Assembly: GCA_964436745.1 (NCBI GenBank)
Contig: CAYTEC010000004.1
Span: 1 to 62,268, forward strand
From: an uncultured Dehalococcoidia bacterium
GTDB lineage: Bacteria > Chloroflexota > Dehalococcoidia > Lucifugimonadales > UBA1127
Reading direction: 5' to 3'
Length of the DNA: 62,268 bases
Shown: piece by piece, positions 34,822 to 44,262 of the stretch
How positions within the stretch are numbered: the first letter of the stretch is position 1
Layout: each line of letters starts with the position of its first letter
Notes under the pieces: model-generated
Told to the model about the DNA's origin: nothing
The model's database searches: none
The model's input: the letters and a program-made list of their open reading frames with translations, nothing else
Position numbers and translations under genes: made by a program

Positions 34822-35226
34822 GTGCTGGAACTGCCCCGCGAATACCACGAAGAGATCGTCGCCCACGCGCGCGAGGACGATCCCGACGAGTGCTGCGGCA
34901 TCCTGGCGGGACAGGACGGCAAGGTGCTGCGCCTCTACCGCATGACGAACGTGGAGCACAGCCCATATCGCTACAGCATGGATACGAAGGAGCTCTACAC
35001 GGTGGGCAAGGAAATCAGCGACCGCGAGTGGGAGCTCATGGCCATCTACCACTCTCACACGCATACCGAAGCTCACCCCTCGCAGACGGACGTGCGGTTG
35101 GCCACCTACCCGGACGCCTACTACATCCTGGTGTCGCTAATGGACAAGGAGAACCCGGCGGTGCGCGCCTTCCACATCGAGGACGGAACGATCACCGAGC
35201 AAGAGATGCGCGTCGTCGACGCCTGA
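34822..35226 (+). CDS. Mov34/MPN/JAMM family metalloprotease
   Basis: E..CG and the HSHTHTEAHPSQTD (HxHx7Sx2D) JAMM motif. GTG start with SD AGGAGGG. Confidence 0.8.
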   Translation: MLELPREYHEEIVAHAREDDPDECCGILAGQDGKVLRLYRMTNVEHSPYRYSMDTKELYTVGKEISDREWELMAIYHSHTHTEAHPSQTDVRLATYPDAYYILVSLMDKENPAVRAFHIEDGTITEQEMRVVDA

Positions 35227-35340
35227 CCTGTCGCGCCTTTCTCCACAGGAGCTAACCCCTCCGCGTGCCGCGCCGTTATCCAGGGTAGAGCGCGCGCGGA
35301 ATCGAACCAACGACGAATGACTCCCGAGGAGGACCCCCCA

Positions 35341-36450
35341 ATGCGCAGGATGCTAGCGACCGGACTCTTGGTGCTGGTGGCGGGACTGTTGGTCCCGGCC
35401 CTGGCGTTCGCATACTCCAACCGCGCCCCCTCCGATGGCGGCGAGACCGTTGCAATGGCCGACGATGGTGACGCCGACGCGGAAGGCTCCGGCTTGCCGT
35501 GGGTCGGCCTCTACCTGGCGAACCTCAACGAGAAGATAGCCGAAAGGCTGGGCGTCGACCGTGACGAGGGCGTGGTGGTGCTGAAGGCAGTCAAGGACGG
35601 ACCCGCGGACGAGGCGGGGGTGGAGCAGGGCGACATCGTGCTTCGAGTGGACGACCTAGACATGGCGAAGGTGAAGGACGTGGCGGACGCGGTCGGAGCT
35701 TCGAGCCCCGGCGACACCCTGACGTTCGCGGTCCTCCGTGGCGCTGAAGAGCAGGACATCGACATCGTTGTGGGCGAACGCCCCAAGCCCAAGACGCAGA
35801 AGAAGGGGCAGGCCCCGGGCATCTTGCGCCTGCTCGCCCCAATGGCCGGGAACCTGATGAGCGCCGAGATCACGTTGGCTGACAAGGAGGGCAACCCGGT
35901 CACCCTGGCCTACGTGGCAGGGACCGTGGCTGAGATCGATGGCGATGCCGTCACCCTGTCCCCCAAGGACGGGAGCGATGATGTGTCGCTGACGCTCACG
36001 GACGACGTGGCCGTGATCAAGCAGGGGAAGAAGGGCGCCAGTGAGGATCTGGCGGTGGACGACGAGCTGATCGCGGTCTGGAAGGACAGGGAACTCCAGG
36101 CAGTCCTTGTGGCGCCATACCACGCCGGCAAGGGACACAAGGCACAGGCGAGGAAGCGCGGTGCCCACGGGTTCCCGGGCGTCACGGGGATGCTGGGGAT
36201 GGAGGGTGGCCACGGCGCCCGCTCGGACCTCGGGTCCATCCCGCAGCTCCAGCAGCGCCTCGATCGGCTGGCAATCCCCGAGTCCCGTCTGCGGGAGCTC
36301 CGGGAGTGGGTGCCGCAGCTGGGTGGCGGCTCTAGGGGCCAGGAGCGGCGCTTCCAGTTCCAGGCGCCCCGGTTTGCGCCGGACCTGGGCGACCTTCAGC
36401 GAGAGCTTGACCGACTGAGCGAGCGCTTGGAAGACGTGCGCGCGTCCTGA
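35341..36450 (+). CDS. PDZ domain-containing secreted/anchored protein
   Basis: Signal/anchor MRRMLATGLLVLVAGLLVPALAFA. PDZ-like ..GVVVLKAVKDGPADEAGVEQGDIVLRVDD... SD GAGGAGG before ATG 35341. Confidence 0.7.
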   Translation: MRRMLATGLLVLVAGLLVPALAFAYSNRAPSDGGETVAMADDGDADAEGSGLPWVGLYLANLNEKIAERLGVDRDEGVVVLKAVKDGPADEAGVEQGDIVLRVDDLDMAKVKDVADAVGASSPGDTLTFAVLRGAEEQDIDIVVGERPKPKTQKKGQAPGILRLLAPMAGNLMSAEITLADKEGNPVTLAYVAGTVAEIDGDAVTLSPKDGSDDVSLTLTDDVAVIKQGKKGASEDLAVDDELIAVWKDRELQAVLVAPYHAGKGHKAQARKRGAHGFPGVTGMLGMEGGHGARSDLGSIPQLQQRLDRLAIPESRLRELREWVPQLGGGSRGQERRFQFQAPRFAPDLGDLQRELDRLSERLEDVRAS

Positions 36451-36476
36451 CCCGCCTCGCCGCAGCCTGACATGCA

Positions 36477-36515
36477 AGAGGGGCCTCCCCAACCGGGGAG
36501 GCCCCTCTTTGTTCG
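36477..36515. terminator. bidirectional intrinsic terminator between the PDZ gene and ftsZ
   Basis: 14-bp stem AGAGGGGCCTCCCC-AACC-GGGGAGGCCCCTCT followed by TTTGTTCG. Lies between convergent genes. Confidence 0.65.
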
Positions 36516-36531
36516 CTTGGAATGTGCAAGC

Positions 36532-37659
36532 CTACCGGAGCGAGGGCCTCCGCAGGAACGGGGGGATGTCCAGGTCCACGGGGTGGTCGACATAACGACC
36601 AGCCACCGTTGCCAGGGGGAGGGCCCCGCGCGATCCCATGGCGCTCGTGCTGCTGGGGATGCCCGTGGCGATGATGGTGACCTGGGTCTTGTCGGTCGTT
36701 GCGCCGGCGTTCACCATCCCGAAGAAGATCATCGCGTTGGGGCTGACCTGGGACGCGACGAACTCACCGGCGGCGTTCACATCGCCGAGGGTCATTGATG
36801 GCCCGCCCTTGACGTTGAACAGCACGCCCTGTGCGCCCTCGATGGAGAGGTCCAAGAGAGGGTTGCTCACGGCTTGCCGCGCGGCCTCCAGAGGGCCGCC
36901 CTCGCCTTTGGCTTCGCCGATGGCCATGAGCGCCTCGCCGCGCAGTCCCATGATGGCTTTCACATCGGCCAGGTCCACATTGATCTCGCCCGGAAGGTTC
37001 ACCAGCTCCGCAACGGAGAGGACGCCGAGCATCACCGCGTCGTCAGCCATCCGCAGCGCCTGATCCATCGTCGTCTCTTTCTGGAAGAGGTCCAGTAGAC
37101 GCTCGTTGTGGATGACGATGAGGTTGTCGACGTGAGGCCGGAGGCGACCGATCCCGGCGTGGGCCGTGTCCATCCTGCGGGCGCCCTCGAAGGCGAAGGG
37201 AGTCGTTGCCACGGCGACCACCAGGGCTCCGGACGACCGGGCGATGTCCGCCACCACCGGCGCGGCTCCGGTTCCGGTGCCGCCACCCATGCCGATGACC
37301 AGGAAGACCAGGTCGGCGTCCGCCAGCTCCTCCTCAAGCTCGGTGCGTGAAAGGTCCGCCGCCATGGCCCCGGTCTCCGGATTGCCGCCGGCGCCCATCC
37401 CGTGCGTGATCTCCTCGCCGATCTGGATGGTGCGGGCGCCGCTCGCTTGGGCCAGCGACTTGATGTCTGTGTTGACACAGATGAACGTGACGCCGGGGAC
37501 GGCGCGAGCCTTCATCATTCGGATGATGGCATTGGAGCCGCCGCCGCCCACGCCGATGGCGCAGATCTTGGCCGGGGTCTCTTGGAAGTTTGGCAGACGG
37601 GGCTGATTCTTGGACTTAGAGGCAGAACGGGACGAACGACGAGAAGGTGTCGCAGACAT
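36532..37659 (-). CDS. ftsZ: cell division protein FtsZ
   Basis: GVGGGGSNA, GGGTGTG and NTD motifs, plus the C-terminal DIPPFLRR peptide. Start at ATG 37659 with SD GGAGG. Confidence 0.95.
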   Translation of the reverse strand: MSATPSRRSSRSASKSKNQPRLPNFQETPAKICAIGVGGGGSNAIIRMMKARAVPGVTFICVNTDIKSLAQASGARTIQIGEEITHGMGAGGNPETGAMAADLSRTELEEELADADLVFLVIGMGGGTGTGAAPVVADIARSSGALVVAVATTPFAFEGARRMDTAHAGIGRLRPHVDNLIVIHNERLLDLFQKETTMDQALRMADDAVMLGVLSVAELVNLPGEINVDLADVKAIMGLRGEALMAIGEAKGEGGPLEAARQAVSNPLLDLSIEGAQGVLFNVKGGPSMTLGDVNAAGEFVASQVSPNAMIFFGMVNAGATTDKTQVTIIATGIPSSTSAMGSRGALPLATVAGRYVDHPVDLDIPPFLRRPSLR

Positions 37660-37715
37660 ATCTACCTGACCTCCGATTTGGGCCCCGACCGGATCGGGGC
37701 GCATTCAACGCGAAT

Positions 37716-37744
37716 ACTCTACCTACCGGGCCGAACCTTGTCAA
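37716..37744 (-). promoter_or_regulatory. candidate ftsZ promoter (TTGACA-N17-TAGAGT)
   Basis: The minus strand reads agcTTGACAaggttcggcccggtaggTAGAGTattcg, about 55 nt upstream of ftsZ. Confidence 0.5.
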
Positions 37745-37828
37745 GCTACGAGGCGATGCGGCGTCACGCCTTCGACCCGCCGGGGCAGCGCGACAACCGC
37801 CGGAAGGGCGTACCTTCCCCTGCTGGTA

Positions 37829-38920
37829 CTAACGGACCAGGGAGACGATAAGTTCCCCCATTTCTCGGGTTCCGAGAGTGCGCTCGCTCTCCTGGGCGAT
37901 GTCGGCGCAGCGTGCGCCGTCGCTCAGAGCGCGGTTGACGGCGCTCTCCACCGCGCGGGCTTCCTCCTCCAGCCCCAGCGAGTAGCGCAGCAGGAGCGCG
38001 GCGCTAAGGATGCTCGCCAGGGGGTTGGCTATCCCCCGTCCCGCGATGTCGGGCGCGGAGCCGTGGATCGGTTCGTAGAGTCCCATGGCGCGGGTCCCCT
38101 GACCGGGCACGCGCGCCAGGCTGGCCGAGGGCAGCATCCCCATCGATCCGGTCAGGACCGAGGCCTCGTCGGTCAGGATGTCGCCGAAGGTGTTCTCCGT
38201 GACCAGCACGTCGAAGCGGCTCGGCGCTCGCACCAGCTGCATGGAGGCCGTGTCGACGAGCATATGCTCAAGCTCCACGTCCGGGTAGTCGCCGCCCACC
38301 TCTATCGCCACCTCCCGCCAGAGGCGGGACGTCTCCAGGACGTTCGCCTTGTCCACGGAAGTGAGCTTGCGGCGGCGGATCCGCGCCATCTCGAAGCCCA
38401 CGCGGACCACCCGCTCGACCTCCGCCTCCGAGTAGGCCATCGTGTCCACGCCCCTTCGCCCGCGCGCGGTGGTCCAGCGCCGCTTGGGCCGGCCGAAGTA
38501 GAGCCCGCCGGTCAACTCTCGCACCACCACGAAGTCGACGCCTTCGAGCAGGTCTGGGCGGAGCGGGCTCGCCGCGATCAGCTCCGGGAAGACCTGCACG
38601 GGCCGCAGGTTGGCGAAGAGCCCTAGCCCCTTGCGGATGGCCAGAAGTCCATCCTCCGGCCGCACCGGCGCGCGTGGGTCGTCCCACTTCGGCCCGCCAA
38701 CCGCCCCGAACAGCACGGCGTCGCTGCGCTTGGCCAGGCGCAGGGTGTCCGGCGGGAGGGCCGAGCCCGTCGTGTCGATGGCGATGCCGCCCACCGTGCC
38801 CTCCTCGAAGCGGAAGGCGTGTCCGTGGCGTTGGCCGATGGCCTCCAGGACACGGACCCCCTCCGCGGTGACTTCGGGGCCGATGCCGTCTCCGGGCAGG
38901 ACCGCGATGGCGTAATCCAT
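37829..38920 (-). CDS. leuB: 3-isopropylmalate dehydrogenase
   Basis: ..IAVLPGDGIGPEV.., ..LFGAVGGPKWD.. and ..NTFGDILTDEASVLTGSMGMLPSASL.. Start at ATG 38920. Confidence 0.9.
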   Translation of the reverse strand: MDYAIAVLPGDGIGPEVTAEGVRVLEAIGQRHGHAFRFEEGTVGGIAIDTTGSALPPDTLRLAKRSDAVLFGAVGGPKWDDPRAPVRPEDGLLAIRKGLGLFANLRPVQVFPELIAASPLRPDLLEGVDFVVVRELTGGLYFGRPKRRWTTARGRRGVDTMAYSEAEVERVVRVGFEMARIRRRKLTSVDKANVLETSRLWREVAIEVGGDYPDVELEHMLVDTASMQLVRAPSRFDVLVTENTFGDILTDEASVLTGSMGMLPSASLARVPGQGTRAMGLYEPIHGSAPDIAGRGIANPLASILSAALLLRYSLGLEEEARAVESAVNRALSDGARCADIAQESERTLGTREMGELIVSLVR

Positions 38921-39030
38921 GGTCAGCACCTCCGCTGGCTCTCTCGTTCTTGTGCCTATGGGCCGCGACTGAATCGGTCCCCGTTGCCGTTCGACCGGCT
39001 CGGGACGCACGGATTTCCAGCGTTCGTCCG

Positions 39031-40008
39031 CTACCGCTCCCCGGCCGCGGACGACGGCCGAGCCACCACCGATTCGATCGGCGCTCCCGTGACGGCGCGC
39101 CGGGCGTTGGCAAAGGCGAAACGGGCCGCCCGCGTGTTGGACTCGACGGTGACTCCCGCCATGTGGGCGGTCACCGCGACGTTGCCTAGCGCCAGCAGTG
39201 GGTTGTCCGGGCTTGGGGGCTCATCTTCGAGCACGTCTAGGCCCGCGCCTGCGAGCCGCCCGGAGGTGAGGGCCCGGTAGAGCGCTTGCTCGTCCACGAT
39301 GCCGCCTCGGGACGCGTTGACCAGGATGGCGGTTGGCTTCATCGTCGCCAGCTCGGCCTCGCCCACCATGTGGCGCGTCGCGGGGGTCAGGGGGACGTGG
39401 AGCGTCACAGCGTCGGAGCGGCGGAGCAGCTCATCGAGCGGCACGTGGGTGACGCCCAGGGTTCGCTCCGTGTCCGACGGGGCGGGGGCCACGTCATGGT
39501 ACAGGAGCTCGCAGCCGAATGCGGAGAGACGGGCGGCGACTTCGCGGCCGATGGGGCCCAGTCCGACGATCCCCACGGTGCTGCCCGTCAGCTCGGCGAA
39601 TGGGAGGTCGCGAATGCCCTCCCGCCACCGGCCCGCGCGCGCGTTGAGCAGGTGCCGGAGAATGCCGCGACGGAGCAGCAGCATGAGGCCGATGACCTCT
39701 TCCGCCACTGCGGCGGCATTGGCGCCCCCGTTGTTCGCAACGGTGACCCCTAGGGCGGTGATGGCTTCCAGGTCGAGCTCCTCGTAGCCGGCGCTCAGCG
39801 TCTGGACTAGCTTGACCGAGGGGCAGCGGCGAATCACTTCCGGAGACACCGATGGCGCGCCCAGGATCACGGCGTCGGCGTCATGGCAGGCCGCGATCTG
39901 CTCGTCGAGCGGCGCGGCGCTCTCCACCATCGTGACGACGAAGTCATCGGGCGTCTGTGCGAGCGCGAGACGTGCCCGGTCCGGAGGCATCCTGCTGACG
40001 ATGGTCAC
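39031..40008 (-). CDS. D-isomer-specific 2-hydroxyacid dehydrogenase family protein
   Basis: NAD motif GIVGLGPIGREVA, ..LVNASRGGIVDE.. and ..VTAHMAG.. Start uncertain (GTG 40008, ATG 39990 or a GTG further upstream). Confidence 0.75.
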   Translation of the reverse strand: MTIVSRMPPDRARLALAQTPDDFVVTMVESAAPLDEQIAACHDADAVILGAPSVSPEVIRRCPSVKLVQTLSAGYEELDLEAITALGVTVANNGGANAAAVAEEVIGLMLLLRRGILRHLLNARAGRWREGIRDLPFAELTGSTVGIVGLGPIGREVAARLSAFGCELLYHDVAPAPSDTERTLGVTHVPLDELLRRSDAVTLHVPLTPATRHMVGEAELATMKPTAILVNASRGGIVDEQALYRALTSGRLAGAGLDVLEDEPPSPDNPLLALGNVAVTAHMAGVTVESNTRAARFAFANARRAVTGAPIESVVARPSSAAGER

Positions 40009-40109
40009 CCTGGCGACGGGCACCGGCGTTCCCCCAAAGGTCGTGGATCGGTCCCATGGTAGCACGAGGCGATGTCGGAGCGAAGAAGCCCGGCGGGTGG
40101 AAGCGACGG

Positions 40110-40838
40110 CTACTCGACGGGGAGGACGACGGGCTCGACGGAGGTGGGCATCTCCGGGTGGAAGGAGACCAGGGCGGCCGTTGGGGTGGTGGTGGAGCCC
40201 CAGGGAGCGCCGCTGTAGAAGGCCGGAGCGGCCCCTCGCGTGACGTCGCGGAAGGCGTGGACGTGGCCCAAGGCGATGTAGTCGCAGTCGGCCTCCGCCA
40301 GTTCCTCCTCCATGATGAGCGAGGAGCGGCCGAGGAACTCCGGGTGATCCAGCACCAGGCCGTGGCCCATGACCACGTACCAAGCGTCGGCAGGCCGCGG
40401 CGGCAGCCCTTCCAGTGGGCGGAACTTTGGGGTGTGGTCGTAGGTGGGTTTGCCCCAGATCACCAGGCCCAGGTCCGGTAGGTTCACGTGACAACCATCG
40501 CGGTCCTCAAGGAGGTGCACGTTGTTCGGCCACGGCGTCCCGTTCCAGTTGCCGAAGACGTGGGCATCGTGGTTTCCCGGGAGCAGCACGGTGGGTACAG
40601 GTAGGTCCCCGAGAGCGCTGAGGAGGCAGGAAATCTCTTCCGGCGGGACGTGGGGGGTGTCGAAGATGTCCCCGGCCAGCAACAGCGCCTCGGCGCCCAC
40701 GTGCTGGACGGCGTCAGTGAGGGTCGAGAGCTGCCTGCCAACCGTCCGCAGTCCTGACTGGTCACCCAGAAAGTGCAGGTCTGACGCATGGAGGATGCGA
40801 AGCGGCTTGCGGGGGTCGTGGTTGCCGTTAGGGTACAT
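40110..40838 (-). CDS. metallophosphoesterase (calcineurin-like)
   Basis: ..ILHASDLHF.., ..LLAGDIFD.., ..LPGNHD.. and ..GHVH.. motifs. Confidence 0.75.
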   Translation of the reverse strand: MYPNGNHDPRKPLRILHASDLHFLGDQSGLRTVGRQLSTLTDAVQHVGAEALLLAGDIFDTPHVPPEEISCLLSALGDLPVPTVLLPGNHDAHVFGNWNGTPWPNNVHLLEDRDGCHVNLPDLGLVIWGKPTYDHTPKFRPLEGLPPRPADAWYVVMGHGLVLDHPEFLGRSSLIMEEELAEADCDYIALGHVHAFRDVTRGAAPAFYSGAPWGSTTTPTAALVSFHPEMPTSVEPVVLPVE

Positions 40839-40939
40839 GGGGTGGCGTTGTTCCTCCGGCGGGGCGAGGTTCAGGCCCCGTCACGGGGTCCCGACGCCTC
40901 AGTATGGCTTTGTTCCCGGTACTCGTCAATCCCCTGTAC

Positions 40940-41110
40940 CTGACGGGCAGGGCACGCCCTGCACCCAGGCTCTAGTGCCACCGCGAGCGTTCCGGGGCTC
41001 GCGGTTCAACATGCTTGACATGAGCGGGGAGACTTCCAGCAACCCGCTCATCCCTGGACCCGCATGGGATGACCGGAGACGAGCGCTATCGGGAATAACC
41101 GAAGGGCCCT
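40940..41110. repeat. composite interspersed palindromic repeat (core GCAGGGCACGCCCTGC plus further hairpin modules)
   Basis: Core at 40947..40962 followed by ACCCA. Hairpins CGCGAG..CTCGCG (40982..41003) and ATGAGCGGG-N14-CCCGCTCAT (41020..41051). Confidence 0.6.
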
Positions 41111-41211
41111 GACCTGTCCGCGTCATCGGGCGAGAATAGGGAGGCCCGTTCACGTGGGCTGACGATTCACACCAGGAAAGCAAATGTCACCCGTATGGTT
41201 ACCAGTGGTTC

Positions 41212-41848
41212 CTACAGTACCTGCTGCACCCATGTGGCAAGAGCGGACGCTCCGAGCATCAACCCCGTCATCTTGATGACGCTGGCCACGGTCACAAGCG
41301 CCAGATACCGCCACGCGGGATACCTGGTGGCGCCGGCGGCCAAACCGGCCACGTCCATCGGCAGCATGGGCACCAGGTTGCAGAGGAACAAGAGCGGCGT
41401 GCCGAATCGGGCGACGTAGCGCGACAGCGCGCGATAGCGGTGACGCGTCTTGAGAGGCGACGCCGCCTGTGCCCCAACCGCGTATGCCGTCACCGAGCCG
41501 ATGGCCATCCCAAGGCCCGAGACCACGCCTAACCACACCGGGTGGAACGCAGGCGCCATCATCACGACCGCTGCGCTGCCGGGAGCGGGGAGCAGGACCG
41601 TCGAGGAGCTACGCCGCCGAGATGGCGAACGCGCCGGCGTAGCCCCATGCCCCCAGTGAGCCCAGGAGCCCGCCCAGGTCTCGGACCAGGAGTGCCAGGA
41701 GGATGGAGAGGACGATCACGGCGAGGACCTTCGGATCGGCGGCCGCCCGCACCCATCGGGGTAGGTGCGGCGCTCGGTGTCCGGCGTGGGCCGCCTGAAG
41801 CCTGGGAGGAAGGGGAAGAACCATTGCCGCGGAGCGCGGTATCATCAA
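41212..41848 (-). pseudogene. VTT-domain (DedA/TVP38 superfamily) membrane protein, frameshifted
   Basis: The N-terminal part (ORF 41609..41848) ends ..AWGYAGAFAISAA*. A frame shifted by one nt reads on with ..SSSTVLLPAPGSAAVVMMAPAFHPVWLGVVSG.. into ORF 41212..41565. A single indel near 41605..41620 is implied. Confidence 0.6.
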
Positions 41849-41996
41849 TGGTCAACCCTCGGTCAACCGTCTGCGTGGGAGGCGTCCATCCGGCGTCGGT
41901 CGTGGAACCCCGCTGTCGATGTGTTCCACTCAGTGAAACCCCCGGCCCGCGTCGATTGTTCCACGGGCCCTCGGTCGCCCGCGTGTTTCGCCGGCG

Positions 41997-43187
41997 TCAC
42001 CCGGGGAGGCCGCAGGCGCGCGCGGCGCGGCTGAACCCCTCCATCGCGCCTTCCAGAACCCGATCCTCCACGGAGTAGGAGACACGGAAGTGCCCGGGCC
42101 TTCCGAACCCCGTGCCGGGGGTCACCAGCACGTTCCACTCGAGCAGGCTCCGCACGAACGCCACGTCGTCTTCGATTGGCGAAGAAGGGAAGGCGTAGAA
42201 CGCGCCGTGCGGCCGGACCATGCGGTACCCCATCCCCGTGAGGCGCTCCCACACGTAGTCGCGCTTGCGCCGATACCAATCGATGTCCACGCTCGATTCC
42301 AGGATGGCCGGGACGATCCGCTGCATCAGGGCCGGCGCGTTGACGAAGCCGAGCGTGCGGTTGCAGTAGATGAGGCCACCCAACAACTCCTCAGCGTCCG
42401 GGCACGCGGGGTTGACCGCCACGTACCCGATCCGCTCGCCCGCAAGCGACAGGTCCTTCGAGAACGAGGTCACGAGGAGGCTCGACGCATGGTAGGGGAA
42501 CACCGGGGGAGTTTCGATTCCGTCGTAGGTGAGGCGAGCGTAGGGCTCGTCGCTGATGAGCGCGATGTTGGTCCCGAACCGCGCCTCGGCCCGTCCCAGG
42601 ACATCGCCGATGGCCTCCAGCGCCTCGTCTGAGTACACCACGCCCGTGGGGTTGTTCGGGGAGTTGACGATCACGGCCCGCGTTCGCTCCGTCAGCGCCG
42701 ATTCCAGGGCCGCCGGGTCTGGCTGGAACGCGCTGTCCGTGTGGGCGATGCGCGCGACGCCGCCGTGGTTGTCCGCGTAGCCCAGGTATTCCGGGAAGTA
42801 GGGCGCGAGCACGACGACCTCATCACCTGGGTCCAGCACGGCCTTGATCGCCACGTTGAGCGCCCCCCCGGAGCCGCACGTCATCACCACATGGTCCCCG
42901 GTGAAAGGGAGGCCGGTGGTGGCGGCCAGGTGTGCCGCGACCGCCGCCCGCGTATCGGGATAGCCCGCGTTGGGCATGTACCGGTGCATCCCGATGTCCG
43001 GGCTATCCGCCAGCCGTCGCAGCTCCCTGCCGAAGATCTCAGGAGGCTCCAGGGCCGGGTTGCCGAGCGAGAGGTCGAATACCCGGTCCTCCCCGTGCTG
43101 CTGCTTGAGCCTTGTCCCCAGCTCGAACATCTGCCGGATCCACGACTGGTTCTCCATCGCCTGCCGGACCCTGGACGAGACGGCCAT
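41997..43187 (-). CDS. pyridoxal phosphate-dependent aminotransferase (class I/II, aspartate/alanine type)
   Basis: ..GNP...PP.., ..NSPNNPTG.. and the PLP-lysine context SFSKDLSLAGERIG. Start at ATG 43187. Confidence 0.85.
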   Translation of the reverse strand: MAVSSRVRQAMENQSWIRQMFELGTRLKQQHGEDRVFDLSLGNPALEPPEIFGRELRRLADSPDIGMHRYMPNAGYPDTRAAVAAHLAATTGLPFTGDHVVMTCGSGGALNVAIKAVLDPGDEVVVLAPYFPEYLGYADNHGGVARIAHTDSAFQPDPAALESALTERTRAVIVNSPNNPTGVVYSDEALEAIGDVLGRAEARFGTNIALISDEPYARLTYDGIETPPVFPYHASSLLVTSFSKDLSLAGERIGYVAVNPACPDAEELLGGLIYCNRTLGFVNAPALMQRIVPAILESSVDIDWYRRKRDYVWERLTGMGYRMVRPHGAFYAFPSSPIEDDVAFVRSLLEWNVLVTPGTGFGRPGHFRVSYSVEDRVLEGAMEGFSRAARACGLPG

Positions 43188-43371
43188 GGGCGCTTCCCTC
43201 CGCGTGGCTTCTTGGGCCGGCGGTCCGGCCCCGGAGCGGAGCATACGGCGGCGGACGTGTGCTGTCCAGCGTGCGTCTGCCACGCCCGTGCTATCATGGT
43301 GCGAGCTTACCGACTCCGGTCCGGTGGCGCGGGCTTGGCCCGCCCCCGGCCCCGTCGGGCGGAGGAGTTCC

Positions 43372-44211
43372 GTGCCTGTCCTTTACGTCGTCGGTACGCC
43401 CATCGGCAACCTGGAGGACATCTCCGCCAGGGCGCTGCGCGTCCTCCGCGAAGTGTCTCTAATCGCCGCCGAGGACACCCGGACTACGCGGAAGCTGCTG
43501 GCCCGCTACGGGATCGACACTCCCCTGGCCAGCTTCCACGAGCACAGCCCGCCGAGCCGAACGGCGGCGCTCCTCGAAGCCCTCGCGGTCGGTGACGTGG
43601 CTCTGGTGTCCGACGCGGGGACACCGGCGGTGAGCGATCCGGGCGCGGTCCTGGTGGCGGCGGCCGCCGAGCGCGGCGTGTCCGTGGTGTCGGTGCCCGG
43701 CCCGTCCGCCGTGACGTCTGCCCTGGCCGTGTCCGGCTTTCCAGCGGACCGATTCGTGTTCTTGAGCTTCCTGCCGCGGCGGCAGCGGGAGCGCCGCGCT
43801 CTGCTGCAATCGGTCGCTCGCCAGGAGCGAGCCATCGTCGCCTTGGAGGCGCCACATCGCCTGCGGGCGTCGCTCGCGGACATTGCGGCGACGCTGGGTG
43901 ACCGCCGCTTGGCGGTCTGCCGAGAGCTGACCAAGGTTCACGAGGAGGTCTTCCGCGGCACCGCAACCGAGGCTCTGGACCACTTCGCGACGCCGCGTGG
44001 GGAGATCACGTTGGTGATGGAAGGAGCGGCGCCCGAGTCTCCGGACGAAGAGGGAGACGCGGTGTGGGCTCACGAAGAGCTGAGGCGACTGCGTGGACTC
44101 GGCGGGGCCGCGCGAGACGCTGTCTCCGCTGTGGCCGGGGCCTCGGGGCTTTCCCGACGGCAGGTGTACGGCCTCTGGCTTGAGCTCCAGAGTGAGGAGG
44201 CCGCGCCGTGA
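43372..44211 (+). CDS. rsmI: 16S rRNA (cytidine1402-2'-O)-methyltransferase RsmI
   Basis: LYVVGTPIGNLEDIS.RAL..L.....IAAEDTR.T..LL and ..SDAGTPAVSDPG.. GTG start 43372 with SD GGAGGAG. Confidence 0.85.
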   Translation: MPVLYVVGTPIGNLEDISARALRVLREVSLIAAEDTRTTRKLLARYGIDTPLASFHEHSPPSRTAALLEALAVGDVALVSDAGTPAVSDPGAVLVAAAAERGVSVVSVPGPSAVTSALAVSGFPADRFVFLSFLPRRQRERRALLQSVARQERAIVALEAPHRLRASLADIAATLGDRRLAVCRELTKVHEEVFRGTATEALDHFATPRGEITLVMEGAAPESPDEEGDAVWAHEELRRLRGLGGAARDAVSAVAGASGLSRRQVYGLWLELQSEEAAP

Positions 44212-44262
44212 GCGCCTCCGGCCCGTGGAGTGCGCCGCGCGGGCTGAGGAGATGCGGCCACC

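Noticed and set aside
34125-35226. Phosphoribosyltransferase plus JAMM/MPN protease considered as a ubiquitin-like conjugation or defence module.
   Set aside because: There is no ThiS/MoaD/CysO-like small protein ending in GG nearby, and no E1/E2-like or cyclase gene. The two genes are 148 nt apart with a likely separate start signal.
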